DNA from: Spirochaetaceae bacterium | GTDB lineage: Bacteria; Spirochaetota; Spirochaetia; DSM-27196; SKKC01 | Direction of reading: 5' to 3' | Length of the DNA stretch: 64,000 nt | Assembly: GCA_007694005.1 (NCBI GenBank) | Contig: RECN01000104.1 | Coordinates: forward strand, 44,029-108,028 | Shown: positions 27,603-37,691 of the stretch, piece after piece | How positions within the stretch are numbered: position 1 is the stretch's first letter | How the letters are laid out: each line of letters opens with the position of its first letter | The notes under the pieces: model-generated | The model's database searches: none | Seen by the model: the letters and a program-made list of their open reading frames with translations, nothing else | Told to the model about the DNA's origin: nothing | Made by a program: the position numbers and the translations under genes

Positions 27603-27944
27603 ATGATACCGCAAATCATCGGCATAAAGAAATCCGCGAGTACCCGCCGTGTGATCCGATACTGCAGCGACCGGGGAATAACCTATCAGCTCGTCGATCT
27701 GAGAGAACGGACCCCCGGCAAACGGGAACTCGATGCGATTGCTTCAGCGGCAGGCGGCTACGACAAGCTCATAGACACTGAGTCCGCGGCGTACCGGAAA
27801 AAAAACATGGGCTACATGACGTTTGATCCGGAAGAAGAACTCATTGAGAACATCGAGCTCATGCGCGTTCCCGTCGTACGAACCGATCACGGAATAGCCG
27901 TCGATCCTTCCGACGCAGAGCTGGAATCACTTTTTGGAAAATAG
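27603..27944 (+). CDS. ArsC/Spx/YffB-family thioredoxin-fold protein lacking the N-terminal Cys residues
   Basis: Internal ATG 27603 of ORF 27423-27944. MIPQIIGIKKSASTRRVIRYCSDRGITYQLVDL aligns with the YffB/Spx pattern LYGIKNCDTCKKA..., but both Cys positions are Ser or Thr. Confidence 0.6.
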   Translation: MIPQIIGIKKSASTRRVIRYCSDRGITYQLVDLRERTPGKRELDAIASAAGGYDKLIDTESAAYRKKNMGYMTFDPEEELIENIELMRVPVVRTDHGIAVDPSDAELESLFGK

Positions 27945-27946
27945 AC

Positions 27947-29770
27947 TCAGCCACCGAGTACGGCAAGCGACTCCGGAGGCAGCGTGAGCATGCCGTCAGA
28001 AAAATCAACCCCTTCGCTTGCAAGCAGTACTGTCTTCGGGTCGGGGTCCGACAACTCGGGAAATCCGGCGGTCGCGTCCCCGTAGCGCTGGCTGTTCGGC
28101 AACCGGCAGACCGGTATCGTAACGCTGCCAGACCGTGACAGCGAAAACGCGACAGCACAGGAGCCTCGATAAATAAGCATCCATCCGGCCTCCGCATCGT
28201 AGACGACCTCCGGCACGGTATGCAGCGCGCACGAAAATGAAGGCACCTCGCGCCGTATGCGTATCAGATCGATGTACCATTGCAGGATGCGCTCGTGCGC
28301 CGGGAGTTTCTGCTCACGGCGACGCAGTTTTGATCGCAGGAAGGTCTGCTCATCCTGCGGATCGGGTACATCCCCCGGGTCCCACCCGAAGTCGCGGAAC
28401 TCGTTCCGTCGTCCCTCGCTCACGGCCTGCGCGAGATCCCTGTCCTGATGGTCGGTGAAGTACTGGAACGGCGCCGTACAGGCCCACTCTTCCCCCTGAA
28501 AAAGCATGGGAACGGCGGGGGACAGGATGTTTACTGCCGCAGCTATCAAGGTTCGCCGCTCGGACAGAAGGTGTGACAACCGCTCGCCAACAGCCCGGTT
28601 TCCGATCTGGTCATGATTCTGTATGCAATGGACAAATCGACTCCGGGGAGTGTCGCCGGCTGGTCGCCCGTAGCTCCGACCCCGATGAGGAGCGTAGTGA
28701 CCGTCACGCACGAACACACTCGTCAAAGCCTTCGCAAGCTGCGCGAAGCCACCAAATCCCGCATAGTACCCGCTGTTCTCGCCGGTGAGTAGACAGTGCA
28801 CGGCGTGGTGGAAATCATCACTCCACTGTGCATCAAGTCCGTAACCACCGGCATCCCGCGACTTCACGAGGGAGGGATCATTCAGGTCGCTCTCGGCGAT
28901 GAGTACCAGGGGTTTCCCGAGTTCCCGTTCGAGAGCTCCAACACGGAGTGCCATTGCTTCAAGCACGTGAACGGCAGAACTGTCGTGTAAGGCGTGCACC
29001 GCGTCGAGGCGAAACCCATCAACATGGTAGTACCTGACCCAGTGCTCGAGGTTGTCGAGGATAAACGCTCGCACCTCGTCGCTCTGCGGACCGTCAAGAT
29101 TGAGGGCATCGCCCCATGGCGTATGATAGCGATCGGTAAAATACGGTCCGAACTGTCCGAGGTAGTTCCCTTCCGGTCCGAGGTGGTTATAGACGACATC
29201 AAGGAGTACGGCCAGATCGTGCTCATGGCAGGCATCGACGAAACGCTTGAAGGCTGCCGGACCACCGTAGGCCTCCCACGGGGCATAGAGTCCGACACCG
29301 TCATATCCCCAGCCGCGGGTTCCCGAAGCTGAAGCAATCGGCATGACGTTCAGATGTGTCACCCCGAGTTCGGAAAGCTCCGGGAGGTGTGAAATCGCAG
29401 AGTCAAAGCTACCCTCTTCGGAGAATGTTCCGATATGCAGTTCGTACACGACCGCTGAAGCAAATGGTCTCGCCCGAAAGCGCCGGTCACTCCACGTGTG
29501 CGCCTCATGATCGACCAGCTGCGAAAAGCCGTGCACACCGTCAGGAAGACGGTGTGCACGTGGGTCCGCATAGGGACCGTTTCCATTCACCCTGAACGCG
29601 TACCGCCCGTCGTCCGGCATATCATCCAGACGTATCGACCAGTACCCGGTCTGTGCGACTGCCTCCATCTCCCGTTCCAGATCGCCTGTAACTAGAGTCA
29701 CTGAAGCGGCCGTCGGGGCCCAGACCGTGAAGCGATTCGTCTGACCGGTGAATGCTGTCCCCCGGTTCAT
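27947..29770 (-). CDS. treZ: Malto-oligosyltrehalose trehalohydrolase (GH13)
   Basis: 607-aa ORF. Typical TreZ features: N-terminus FTVWAPTAASVTLV, then GH13 regions DVVYNHLGPEGNY, GFRLDAVHAL, LIAESDLND, QNHDQIGNR. Confidence 0.85.
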   Translation of the reverse strand: MNRGTAFTGQTNRFTVWAPTAASVTLVTGDLEREMEAVAQTGYWSIRLDDMPDDGRYAFRVNGNGPYADPRAHRLPDGVHGFSQLVDHEAHTWSDRRFRARPFASAVVYELHIGTFSEEGSFDSAISHLPELSELGVTHLNVMPIASASGTRGWGYDGVGLYAPWEAYGGPAAFKRFVDACHEHDLAVLLDVVYNHLGPEGNYLGQFGPYFTDRYHTPWGDALNLDGPQSDEVRAFILDNLEHWVRYYHVDGFRLDAVHALHDSSAVHVLEAMALRVGALERELGKPLVLIAESDLNDPSLVKSRDAGGYGLDAQWSDDFHHAVHCLLTGENSGYYAGFGGFAQLAKALTSVFVRDGHYAPHRGRSYGRPAGDTPRSRFVHCIQNHDQIGNRAVGERLSHLLSERRTLIAAAVNILSPAVPMLFQGEEWACTAPFQYFTDHQDRDLAQAVSEGRRNEFRDFGWDPGDVPDPQDEQTFLRSKLRRREQKLPAHERILQWYIDLIRIRREVPSFSCALHTVPEVVYDAEAGWMLIYRGSCAVAFSLSRSGSVTIPVCRLPNSQRYGDATAGFPELSDPDPKTVLLASEGVDFSDGMLTLPPESLAVLGG

Positions 29771-32439
29771 GCCTGATCCTCCCGTACGAGAATACAGATC
29801 GGAAACGGCGTAATCAGCTCATTCACGGCGTGCGTGCCGCCCTGCACGGTCTCGCCGCTTATGACGTTCCTGTAGGGTCCCTCCGGAATCGCGACCGTGG
29901 TGTCGGGATAGTGGCCGGCTCTGCTGTGAAAGCGCAACGGACAGACGGCGATTATATCTCCGCCGCGCTCGAAGGCCAGGACATCCGAGCGAGCCTCGCC
30001 GCTTACGTCCAGAGAGGCATACGGCTTCGGCCCTCTGCTGCCGCTTCCCCAGAAGACATCCGTGTGCGCGAGTCGCAGGTGCAGGAGTGCCCGTGTCAGT
30101 GCCAGTTTCGGATACGCGTCAGCCATACCGTCCATGATCTCGGCTACGGACAGCGAATCGAGCTCTTCGAGCATGCGTTCCAGCTTTGTATAGTCGATGT
30201 CGCGACGATTATCCGGATCGACAAGGCTATAGTTCCAGACCTCACACCCCTGATACAGGTCGGGAACGCCCGGCCCGAGTAACTTCACTGTCGTTTGAAC
30301 CAGACTGTTGACGTACGCACCGAGAGCGATATGCTCAACGAAACGTTGCATGGATGCCTGAATAGCAGTATCCGCGAAAATTTCCCGCGCGAACGAGAGA
30401 ACGGCGGCTTCGTACAGCTCGTCGACCTCAGTCCAGGAGGTATGCTTCTTTGACTCCCGGATCGCTTTCGTGAGGTATTCGCTAAGGCGTTCTTCTGAAA
30501 TAGGCCACGCCCCGATTATGGTCTGATACATGAAGTATTCGGTGTTCCGGTCAGGCCACTGTTCGATACGGTACTGGGATGCCAACGACGACCAGCTCCG
30601 GACCGCTTCAGCCCACTCGTTCGGTGTTTCGGTGAGTACCAGCAGGCGGGCACGCAGATCTTCGCTCCGTTTCGTGTCGTGCGTGCTCGTCGTAAGCATG
30701 GACCGGGGAAGCGTGACACTGCGCTCGGCCATCCTTTCATTAAAGTCATCGACCGACATGCCAAAGCGGTAGGGCTCCGCTCCAACCTCGTTCAGAGCAA
30801 TGAGCCGATTGTAGCGGTAAAAGGTTGTGTCTTCCGCTCCCTTGGCCATAACCGGCCCGCTCAGTTGTTGAAATCGCATCACGAAATCACGTTCCACGTC
30901 ACCACCGAGGTCCATGGTCAGTATGCGATACAGGAAATCGAAAAGTTCCGGATCCAGGTCATCGCGATTCTCGCGCGCGCGTTCTACCGCACTCTGTATA
31001 TGGCTGCGATCGGAATCGCGTATCGTACCGTGTTCCGCGCGAATGTAGGTCCTGTATACCGAGAACGAAACGAGAATCTCGCACAAGGCATCCTGTACAT
31101 CGTCCCTGCTGAAATCGCGATACCGCCTGTTCCTGTACGATATCAGCAGAAGCATCTCGGTCAGTCGGTTCACATCACTTCCCAGAAGATCTTCCACTAC
31201 TTCGAGCTTGCTTTCGTGCAGGAGATCGTGATAATCGGTGCTTTCACCGGTGAACGACCGGTACAGATCAGTAATCTTACGCTCGCTCGCCGTCTGCACC
31301 AGAACCGCCTGCAGATCGTTCAGGAAATCGTAGCCGGTCGTACCGTGTATGGGCCAGGAGTCGGGCATATGCTCGTTCGGTGCCAGGATCTTTTCGCCGA
31401 CGATCCACGCATCTCCGGCTCGATGTCGCAGACGCTGAAAATACTCCTCCGGATCGCGGAGCCCGTCGGGATGATCAACCCTGAGACCGTCGACTTTCCG
31501 CTCGCGTACCCAGGAAAGAATGAGGTCGTGCGTATCGGAGAACACGTCCTCATCTTCGACCCTGATTGCAATGAGATCGTTTATATCGAAGAATCTCCGG
31601 TACCCGAGATCACTGCGCGCAATCCGCCAGTACGCAAGCCGGTAATTCTGTCGCTCGAGAAGCGCATCGAGCCGGTCAACATCGGAGTTGATAAGATCGA
31701 CCTCCGAGTCGACTGCCCGTCGCACGTGCGGAGCGTCCTCAAGCAGCAGCGAAAGGCGATCCCGTATGACCTCCTTATCGCGGTGCCGCCGGCGCGTGTT
31801 CACTCTGTCGTCGGCCTTCGGGAGTGGTAGATAGTCAAGGGCGCTTGCGAGAAAGGCAAGCTCCGGATGCTCGATACGGGAGGCGGCCTGAAACAGGAGA
31901 TCTGAAAGACTCCGTGGATCTACCGGGACCCTATGATCGTAATACTGTATCTGGAACGATCCGTCGATCCGGACCAGCTGTATCTCACCTGCTTCAAGAA
32001 CCCGCCCGTAGTGGTCGCCGAGTATGGGAAGCAGGACCCGATTGAGCGTGTTTTCACTGTCCTGGGCATACTGCCAGTCAACGTCGAAATAATCGGCGAA
32101 ACGGCTTCGCTGACCGTTCTCCAGAACGTCCCACCACCACGTGTTCTCTGGTCCGGAAACCGCCATGTGATTGGGAACGACATCAACGATCTGACCGAGA
32201 CCTGCATCCCGGAGGGTTCTGCACAGTTCATCGTGGGCGTCCTGCCCGCCGAGGTCTTCACTGACCCGGGTATGATCGACCACATCGTAGCCGTGCGTGC
32301 TCCCGTGTGCGGCCTGAAGATACGGCGAACAGTACATGTGACTGACGCCAAGCCGAACGAGATACGGGGCAAGCGAAGCGGCCGTTCTGAACCCGCGATC
32401 CGGTGAAAGCTGTACTCTATAACTCGATAGCATCTTCAT
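29767..32439 (-). CDS. treY: Malto-oligosyltrehalose synthase (GH13)
   Basis: 890-aa ORF. YRVQLSPDRGFRTAASLAPYLVRLGVSHMYCSPYLQAAHGSTHGYDVVDH is the hallmark TreY N-terminus. DVVPNHMAV, DGLRVDHPDGL and STHDTKRSEDLRARL are also present. ATGA-type 4-nt overlaps with both neighbours. Confidence 0.85.
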   Translation of the reverse strand: MKMLSSYRVQLSPDRGFRTAASLAPYLVRLGVSHMYCSPYLQAAHGSTHGYDVVDHTRVSEDLGGQDAHDELCRTLRDAGLGQIVDVVPNHMAVSGPENTWWWDVLENGQRSRFADYFDVDWQYAQDSENTLNRVLLPILGDHYGRVLEAGEIQLVRIDGSFQIQYYDHRVPVDPRSLSDLLFQAASRIEHPELAFLASALDYLPLPKADDRVNTRRRHRDKEVIRDRLSLLLEDAPHVRRAVDSEVDLINSDVDRLDALLERQNYRLAYWRIARSDLGYRRFFDINDLIAIRVEDEDVFSDTHDLILSWVRERKVDGLRVDHPDGLRDPEEYFQRLRHRAGDAWIVGEKILAPNEHMPDSWPIHGTTGYDFLNDLQAVLVQTASERKITDLYRSFTGESTDYHDLLHESKLEVVEDLLGSDVNRLTEMLLLISYRNRRYRDFSRDDVQDALCEILVSFSVYRTYIRAEHGTIRDSDRSHIQSAVERARENRDDLDPELFDFLYRILTMDLGGDVERDFVMRFQQLSGPVMAKGAEDTTFYRYNRLIALNEVGAEPYRFGMSVDDFNERMAERSVTLPRSMLTTSTHDTKRSEDLRARLLVLTETPNEWAEAVRSWSSLASQYRIEQWPDRNTEYFMYQTIIGAWPISEERLSEYLTKAIRESKKHTSWTEVDELYEAAVLSFAREIFADTAIQASMQRFVEHIALGAYVNSLVQTTVKLLGPGVPDLYQGCEVWNYSLVDPDNRRDIDYTKLERMLEELDSLSVAEIMDGMADAYPKLALTRALLHLRLAHTDVFWGSGSRGPKPYASLDVSGEARSDVLAFERGGDIIAVCPLRFHSRAGHYPDTTVAIPEGPYRNVISGETVQGGTHAVNELITPFPICILVREDQA

Positions 32440-33803
32440 GTTTTACTCTCAATTGTCCGAGGCAGTTCAATACGCACCACGGTGCATTCGTCGTCCTGCT
32501 GCATACAGACAGTACCCTTGTGCAGATCAATTACGGCCCGTACGATCGAAAGCCCGAGTCCGCTTCCGCGCGATCCCCGACTGTTTTCTCCGCGGTACAG
32601 GCGGTCGAATGCATGAAACCGCGTTTCGCTGTCGACGAAACCCGTATTACGCACCTCGATTATGACGCCGGGACCTCCGGATGTGATCGTCACATCAATC
32701 CTACCGTCCGACTCCGCGTACTTCACCGCGTTGTGTACGACATTCGATACCGCTCGATCCAGCAGATGATCGTCACCCTCGAACACAAGATCATCCGCCC
32801 GGAAGATAAACTCCAGACCGCGATCCTGTATCAGCGCCTCAAATCTTGCTGACAGGGCTTCAAGAAACACGTCTGCTTGTATTACATCAACAGACAGCTG
32901 CTGCTCAGGCGCTTCAAGCGAGTTCAGTTCCCGCAGATCGCTGATCAGTTCGTCGATGCGCTCTACTTCGGCAAACACAAGCTTCAAACGTTCCGGATTA
33001 GGATCGATGACGCCTTCGATCATGGCTTCAAACTGCGTTTTCAGGGCAGTCACCGGCGTCCGGAGATCATGCGCGACATCCTGTGCCCATTGACGTCGCA
33101 GCCGCTCCTCTTTGAGCAGTTGTGACTGAAGATTGTGCGCCGAGTCGGCGATAGTCCGGATCTCATCCGCCTGACTTTCGGGAAAGTGAACATCACGATT
33201 ACCTTTGGCGAGCTGTTCGAGTCCTGATGCAACGGAAGCAGTCTTGGCCGTTATCCGTCGCGAAAGATACCCTGCGACGACAGTGGCCAGACCGAAGGCG
33301 GCGAGAACAACGGCGGCGAGTGTTCCCATCATCGAAAACAGAAACTGACGATTCGCCGGGTCGCTCGTAAATCCCAGGGTTCCCGCGCTGAGAAAGCCTA
33401 TGATCTCGTCGGAGTGGATAAGCGCTGACGGCGGCCTGAAGCCGTCCAGACCAACATAGCCTCCCGACTGCGTAACAGACACACCGACCGGATCGAGGAT
33501 TTCGCCGTTCCGATACAGGAAAACCGCATCTCCGGTTTCGTTAAAAACATAGAGGTACTGGTTCTGCGTAAGAAAAGGTAAGAGGGCTGCTTCAAGACCT
33601 TCCCGTTCAAGAGCTGCCTGCTGTCGGAAGGTACGGGATACGATAGGTAGGACGAGATTCTGTATGCGCTGATCACGGTAGAGGTTCCATTCACCGACGC
33701 TTCGGCGAACACCAAGATAGAAAAACACCGCTGCAACAAGGGTCAGGACGAGCAGAGACGCAATCATGGCTACGAAGGTCCGTGCGAAAAGAGAGCGCAT
33801 CAT
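32436..33803 (-). CDS. Sensor histidine kinase (2 TM segments, HAMP, HisKA, HATPase_c)
   Basis: 455-aa ORF. H-box VAHDLRTPVTAL, N-box VVHNAVKY, G-boxes VRNTG and GSGLGLSIV. Confidence 0.85.
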   Translation of the reverse strand: MMRSLFARTFVAMIASLLVLTLVAAVFFYLGVRRSVGEWNLYRDQRIQNLVLPIVSRTFRQQAALEREGLEAALLPFLTQNQYLYVFNETGDAVFLYRNGEILDPVGVSVTQSGGYVGLDGFRPPSALIHSDEIIGFLSAGTLGFTSDPANRQFLFSMMGTLAAVVLAAFGLATVVAGYLSRRITAKTASVASGLEQLAKGNRDVHFPESQADEIRTIADSAHNLQSQLLKEERLRRQWAQDVAHDLRTPVTALKTQFEAMIEGVIDPNPERLKLVFAEVERIDELISDLRELNSLEAPEQQLSVDVIQADVFLEALSARFEALIQDRGLEFIFRADDLVFEGDDHLLDRAVSNVVHNAVKYAESDGRIDVTITSGGPGVIIEVRNTGFVDSETRFHAFDRLYRGENSRGSRGSGLGLSIVRAVIDLHKGTVCMQQDDECTVVRIELPRTIESKT

Positions 33804-34510
33804 GCTTCTCCATCAGCTTGCATTTCACCACAGAACCGGTATCCGTACCCTCTGACTGTTTCGATCCAGTCGTCATCTCCAAGCTTGTTGCGGATGTTCG
33901 CAATATGCGTATCGACCGTGCGCTCCGATCCGTCGTGAAGATAATCAAGGCATTCTCCAAGGATCGACCGCCTCGTACGAACCACCTCGTCGTACGAGGC
34001 GAGATACGAAAGGATCTTCCACTCGCTCGCGGTGAGAGACAGTTCCTGACCATTGATGAATGCTCTATGTCGCTTTCTGTCGAGCAGCAGCTCCGAGTCA
34101 CCGAGTGCCCATCGCGCGCTCAGACCCGTTTCGGGATCGTCCCCCTTGCTCGAGGTTCTCCTGATGAGTGCTTTCGCCCTGAGAACGAGTTCTTTCGCAG
34201 AAAACGGTTTCACGACGTAGTCGTCCGCGCCGATCTCGAAACCGGTGATCCTGTCGCTCTCCGACTCCCGCGCAGTCAGAAACATTATTGGTATATCGCT
34301 GCTGCGCCGTATCTGTTTTGCAAGCACAAAACCGTTCTCGTCTGGAAGCATGACGTCGAGAATGAGCAGATCGGGGTTCTGTGTTTCAATCGCATCGCTT
34401 ACCCCCGATGCCTGAGCAAACTCGACCACGTCGGTACCGTCAATCTGAAAATACTGACTGACAGCTTCCCGTATGAGTTGATTATCTTCAACAATGAACA
34501 CAAGTGCCAT
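33800..34510 (-). CDS. OmpR/PhoB-family response regulator
   Basis: 236-aa ORF. The receiver domain has VFIVEDN...LLILDVMLPDENG...IPIMFLTAR...GADDYVVKPF. The winged-helix output has LTASEWKILSYL...VDTHIANIRNKL...IETVRGYGYRF. Confidence 0.9.
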   Translation of the reverse strand: MALVFIVEDNQLIREAVSQYFQIDGTDVVEFAQASGVSDAIETQNPDLLILDVMLPDENGFVLAKQIRRSSDIPIMFLTARESESDRITGFEIGADDYVVKPFSAKELVLRAKALIRRTSSKGDDPETGLSARWALGDSELLLDRKRHRAFINGQELSLTASEWKILSYLASYDEVVRTRRSILGECLDYLHDGSERTVDTHIANIRNKLGDDDWIETVRGYGYRFCGEMQADGEA

Positions 34511-34538
34511 ATAGCCTCCACGGCCATTGTCTTACCGG

Positions 34539-35483
34539 TCAGAAATACCGTATCTGCCGCTGCAGCGTGTTGTGATCTTCACCAACACGTTCGCCGTCAC
34601 GTTCGGTGATGATTCGTTCCGTTCGATCGGTCCAGTTGCCCTGAGAGTCAAACCTGTACTCAAAACTACGGGTCACTTCGATGTTCTCCACCATATCGAC
34701 TCTGTGTATTCGCTCTGGATAATCGTTATTGACGTACTCATAGGTGATGGTCCGCCTGATTCCGCCGGTGTCATCACGTGCTGTGACACGTTGAACTCGT
34801 CCGTACAGGTCATACACGTAACTCAGGACCTCGGTTATCGCGTTGTTCTGGTCGAAATGTTCTTCCCGTACGAGACGTCCGAAGGGGGAATAGTGCTCGT
34901 CAACCCGCTTGACCGTTCCTCCATCGGCGAATATCAGGGTCCAGGTTCGTAGAAGTCCTCCATCTCTCCAGTCAAAAAGACGGCTCCACTGCACCCGACC
35001 CGCACCGTCGTATTGAATCTGTTCCTCAAGCACGTCGTTCCTATACTGCATGTTTCGCACAGCCGCAAGGAGCCCTGAGCCGGTCTGTTCGGTGACCTGA
35101 ACCCTGCGTCCCTGATCGTCGTAATCGTACTCATAGATCCACTCGAGATCACCGTTCACGTTCCGGCCGCGCCATTGCACCAGCCTGTCACGCTCATCGT
35201 ATGCAAACTCGGACCGCCACCGGAAACGTCCATCACCGTAGGTTGTATGTGACACGGGTTTGCCGCTACGGGAAAACTCCATGGCAAGGACCGGAACAGG
35301 TTGTGCTTCACTACTCACGCGTAAAACGCGGATTGCTTCTACCTGTCCATGAAAACGGGCGATGTCAGGTGCGGGCAGCTCGTAATCGTCTATAAGCGAC
35401 GGATACGTCTGAGCTGCAAGCGACACGGAAAAGAGCAGAAAGAAACCAGGAATGGCGATGTGTTTCCTCGAAATCGTGGGCAT
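34539..35483 (-). CDS. Secreted beta-hairpin-repeat protein (YD/RHS-like or MORN-variant-like repeats)
   Basis: ORF 34539-35501. The signal peptide is best explained from Met7 (MPTISRKHIAIPGFFLLFSVSLAAQ). Degenerate ~20-aa repeats recur (EFAYDERDRLVQW, EYDYDDQGRRVQV, QYDGAGRVQW, YVYDLYGRVQRV, EYRFDSQGNWTD). Confidence 0.5.
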   Translation of the reverse strand: MPTISRKHIAIPGFFLLFSVSLAAQTYPSLIDDYELPAPDIARFHGQVEAIRVLRVSSEAQPVPVLAMEFSRSGKPVSHTTYGDGRFRWRSEFAYDERDRLVQWRGRNVNGDLEWIYEYDYDDQGRRVQVTEQTGSGLLAAVRNMQYRNDVLEEQIQYDGAGRVQWSRLFDWRDGGLLRTWTLIFADGGTVKRVDEHYSPFGRLVREEHFDQNNAITEVLSYVYDLYGRVQRVTARDDTGGIRRTITYEYVNNDYPERIHRVDMVENIEVTRSFEYRFDSQGNWTDRTERIITERDGERVGEDHNTLQRQIRYF

Positions 35484-35499
35484 CGGTATCAGCATACAC

Positions 35500-35552
35500 A
35501 AAAAAAAGGCCGGTGTGCAGGAGCATCAGGTGCTCCGGTATGCAACCGGCCT
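35500..35552 (-). terminator. Rho-independent terminator downstream of sodA
   Basis: On the minus strand the sequence reads AAGGCCGGT-(27-nt loop holding the nested hairpin GGAGCA-cctga-TGCTCC)-ACCGGCCTT, followed by an 8-T run. It starts 31 nt after the sodA stop. Confidence 0.6.
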
Positions 35553-35582
35553 TCGCGCAATTCCTGTAAAAGCAGGACTATC

Positions 35583-36188
35583 TCACTTCGCGGCCTTATA
35601 CAGCTCGTTAACGCGGTCCCAGTTAATGCAACTGAAGAACGCATCGATGTATTCCGGCCGTCGGTTCTGATACTTCAGATAGTACGCGTGCTCCCACACA
35701 TCAAGCCCGAGTACCGGTGTCTTTCCGTCGGTAACGGGATTGTCCTGGTTCGGGGTGCTCACAATTTCGAGCTTTCCGTCGGACACTACGAGCCATGCCC
35801 AGCCGCTGCCAAACCGTCCTGCGGCGGCAGTTGCGAACTGCTCCTTGAATTCGGCGTACGAGCTGAACGCGGAATTGATCGCCTGAGCAATTTCACCGCT
35901 CGGCTCACCACCACCATTTGGTGCGAGAACGGTCCAGAACAGGCTATGATTCAGGTGACCGCCACCGTTGTTCCGTACCGCGGTACGGATGTTCTCCGGC
36001 AGCGATGCGTATTCGGCGACCAGCTTTTCGATAGACCAGTCGGCATACTCCGTGCCTTCGACCGCAGCGTTCAGTTTCGTTACGTAACCACCATGGTGTT
36101 TATCGTGGTGAATGCGCATGGTCTGCTCGTCGATATGCGGTTCCAGTGCGTTATACGCATATGGTAGATCCGGTAAGCTAAATGACAT
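35583..36188 (-). CDS. sodA: Superoxide dismutase, Mn-type
   Basis: 201-aa ORF. Motifs: [39 protein letters not shown] (the Mn-SOD style GGHxNHS motif) and [29 protein letters not shown]. Confidence 0.9.
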   Translation of the reverse strand: MSFSLPDLPYAYNALEPHIDEQTMRIHHDKHHGGYVTKLNAAVEGTEYADWSIEKLVAEYASLPENIRTAVRNNGGGHLNHSLFWTVLAPNGGGEPSGEIAQAINSAFSSYAEFKEQFATAAAGRFGSGWAWLVVSDGKLEIVSTPNQDNPVTDGKTPVLGLDVWEHAYYLKYQNRRPEYIDAFFSCINWDRVNELYKAAK

Positions 36189-36276
36189 ATGTTGTCCTCC
36201 TCGGTACGAGTAGTTTGTTTCTACTAAAGGAAGATACTAAAAACTATCCGTTTTGTGCACATATGATCCGAAAAAG

Positions 36277-37593
36277 CTACAATCCGAATGCTGCCTGGGC
36301 ACGATCGAGCAGTGACAGAATGCCGGTGGCAGACCGAACCTCATTCTGTGAGAACACCGGTGCATCCGCCAGGTCTTCTCCGTGCAGACGGTAGACAATT
36401 CGACCGACAATCTGGCCTTCACGGACCGGCGCACGGATGTCGGAATCAAGCTGCAACTCCCCTGAGAGAAGCGACACGTCGGCCCGGGGCAGTATCATCT
36501 CCGGGGGCACGACCGCTACGGGAACCGTCGAAACTTCCCCACCGCGCACGCGAACAGGGTCAAGCGCGGGATGGCCGGGTGTCATGACATCGTAGGCGTC
36601 GTAGGCATGATCCAGCAGCGCAATGGCATCGTCGGTACGCAGTCTGCTTCCGACGCGTGCGTTCGGAGCATCGACACCGAGAACGACTGCGGCAACCCTC
36701 CTGCCGCCTCTGCGGGCTGACGCGGCAAGACTGTATCCGGCGCTGTACGTGAACCCGGTCTTGAGACCGTCTGCATCCGGATACTCGCGTATGAGGATAT
36801 TTCGATTAGGATGTGTGACGGAAACCGGGTTCCATCTGCCTGCATAATCCTCAAGGGTCGGGAACACGAGCGATGGTACGGTATGAAAACGTTCCGGAGC
36901 ATCGGGAAACCGTCTGAGATACTGTGCGACAAAGCGTGCAAAGTCTTCCGCACTGGCACGGTTTCTCCCGTCTATACCGGAAGGTTCAACGAAGGAGTGC
37001 GTGGTAAGACCAAGCTCATCGAGTGCTTCCTCCATCCTTCGGGCAAATGCGGGAACGGATCCGTCGATGTGATACGCAAGTGCCGTCGCCGCGTCATTAC
37101 CGGATGCGATTGAAAGGCCGAGAAGCAGCGTCTCGATTCGGACGCGCTGATCGACCCCGAGAAACAGGACGCTTGATCGCGCCGGCATCTCGTTCCAGAA
37201 GGCATCAGGGACAGGCTCGATCCTGTCGTCCAGTGACAGGGCGCCGTTTTCAACAAGATCAAGGACGACGTACATGGTCACGAGTTTCGTGAGCGAAGCA
37301 AGCGAACGAATCTCCCCGCTCCCGTGTGAGTACAGTACTGTATCGGTGTCCACGTCGATCAGAACTGCTTCGCGCGCGTGCAGGCGGAGCGCATTGTATT
37401 CAGTGGGTACGAACACAGGTGCGATGCCGAAACTGCGGTCGGTAACTATGGACGCGGATTCGCTGTCAGCGGCGAACCATGCCCGGGATACATCCAGCTG
37501 TGCAAGGCCGATGACGAGGACGAGGACAACACCGGCAGACAGAACCATACTGCGTGGACGGAACATAGACTGAAAAACTGTGGTTGCATGCAT
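36277..37593 (-). CDS. D-alanyl-D-alanine carboxypeptidase (PBP5/S11 family)
   Basis: 438-aa ORF with an N-terminal signal/anchor. Motifs: SxxK (SLASLTKLV), SxN (IASGNDAA) and KTG (GLKTGFT). A C-terminal PBP5_C-like domain is present. Confidence 0.8.
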   Translation of the reverse strand: MHATTVFQSMFRPRSMVLSAGVVLVLVIGLAQLDVSRAWFAADSESASIVTDRSFGIAPVFVPTEYNALRLHAREAVLIDVDTDTVLYSHGSGEIRSLASLTKLVTMYVVLDLVENGALSLDDRIEPVPDAFWNEMPARSSVLFLGVDQRVRIETLLLGLSIASGNDAATALAYHIDGSVPAFARRMEEALDELGLTTHSFVEPSGIDGRNRASAEDFARFVAQYLRRFPDAPERFHTVPSLVFPTLEDYAGRWNPVSVTHPNRNILIREYPDADGLKTGFTYSAGYSLAASARRGGRRVAAVVLGVDAPNARVGSRLRTDDAIALLDHAYDAYDVMTPGHPALDPVRVRGGEVSTVPVAVVPPEMILPRADVSLLSGELQLDSDIRAPVREGQIVGRIVYRLHGEDLADAPVFSQNEVRSATGILSLLDRAQAAFGL

Positions 37594-37691
37594 AACCGGC
37601 GAACCCTATCACAGTTTCGACGACAGGATACATACACTTTTTGCGAGATGGGTCATGGACGGCCAGGTGCACGTTTCATTATTGTAGCGGG

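Noticed and set aside
30679-31830. 383-aa + strand ORF antisense to treY
   Set aside because: The same reasoning applies. TreY homology on the minus strand is continuous across this span, and the antisense product has no motif.
33782-36167. 275-aa (33782-34609) and 272-aa (35349-36167) + strand ORFs opposite the response regulator and sodA
   Set aside because: They are antisense to genes with textbook motifs (OmpR receiver, Mn-SOD) and have no independent support.
36189-36276. AT-rich sodA upstream region with the imperfect dyad AGTAG-aaacaaa-CTACT, considered as a PerR/Fur box
   Set aside because: It does not match the Fur or PerR consensus sequences that I know (TTATAAT-N-ATTATAA type), and the dyad is only 5 bp.
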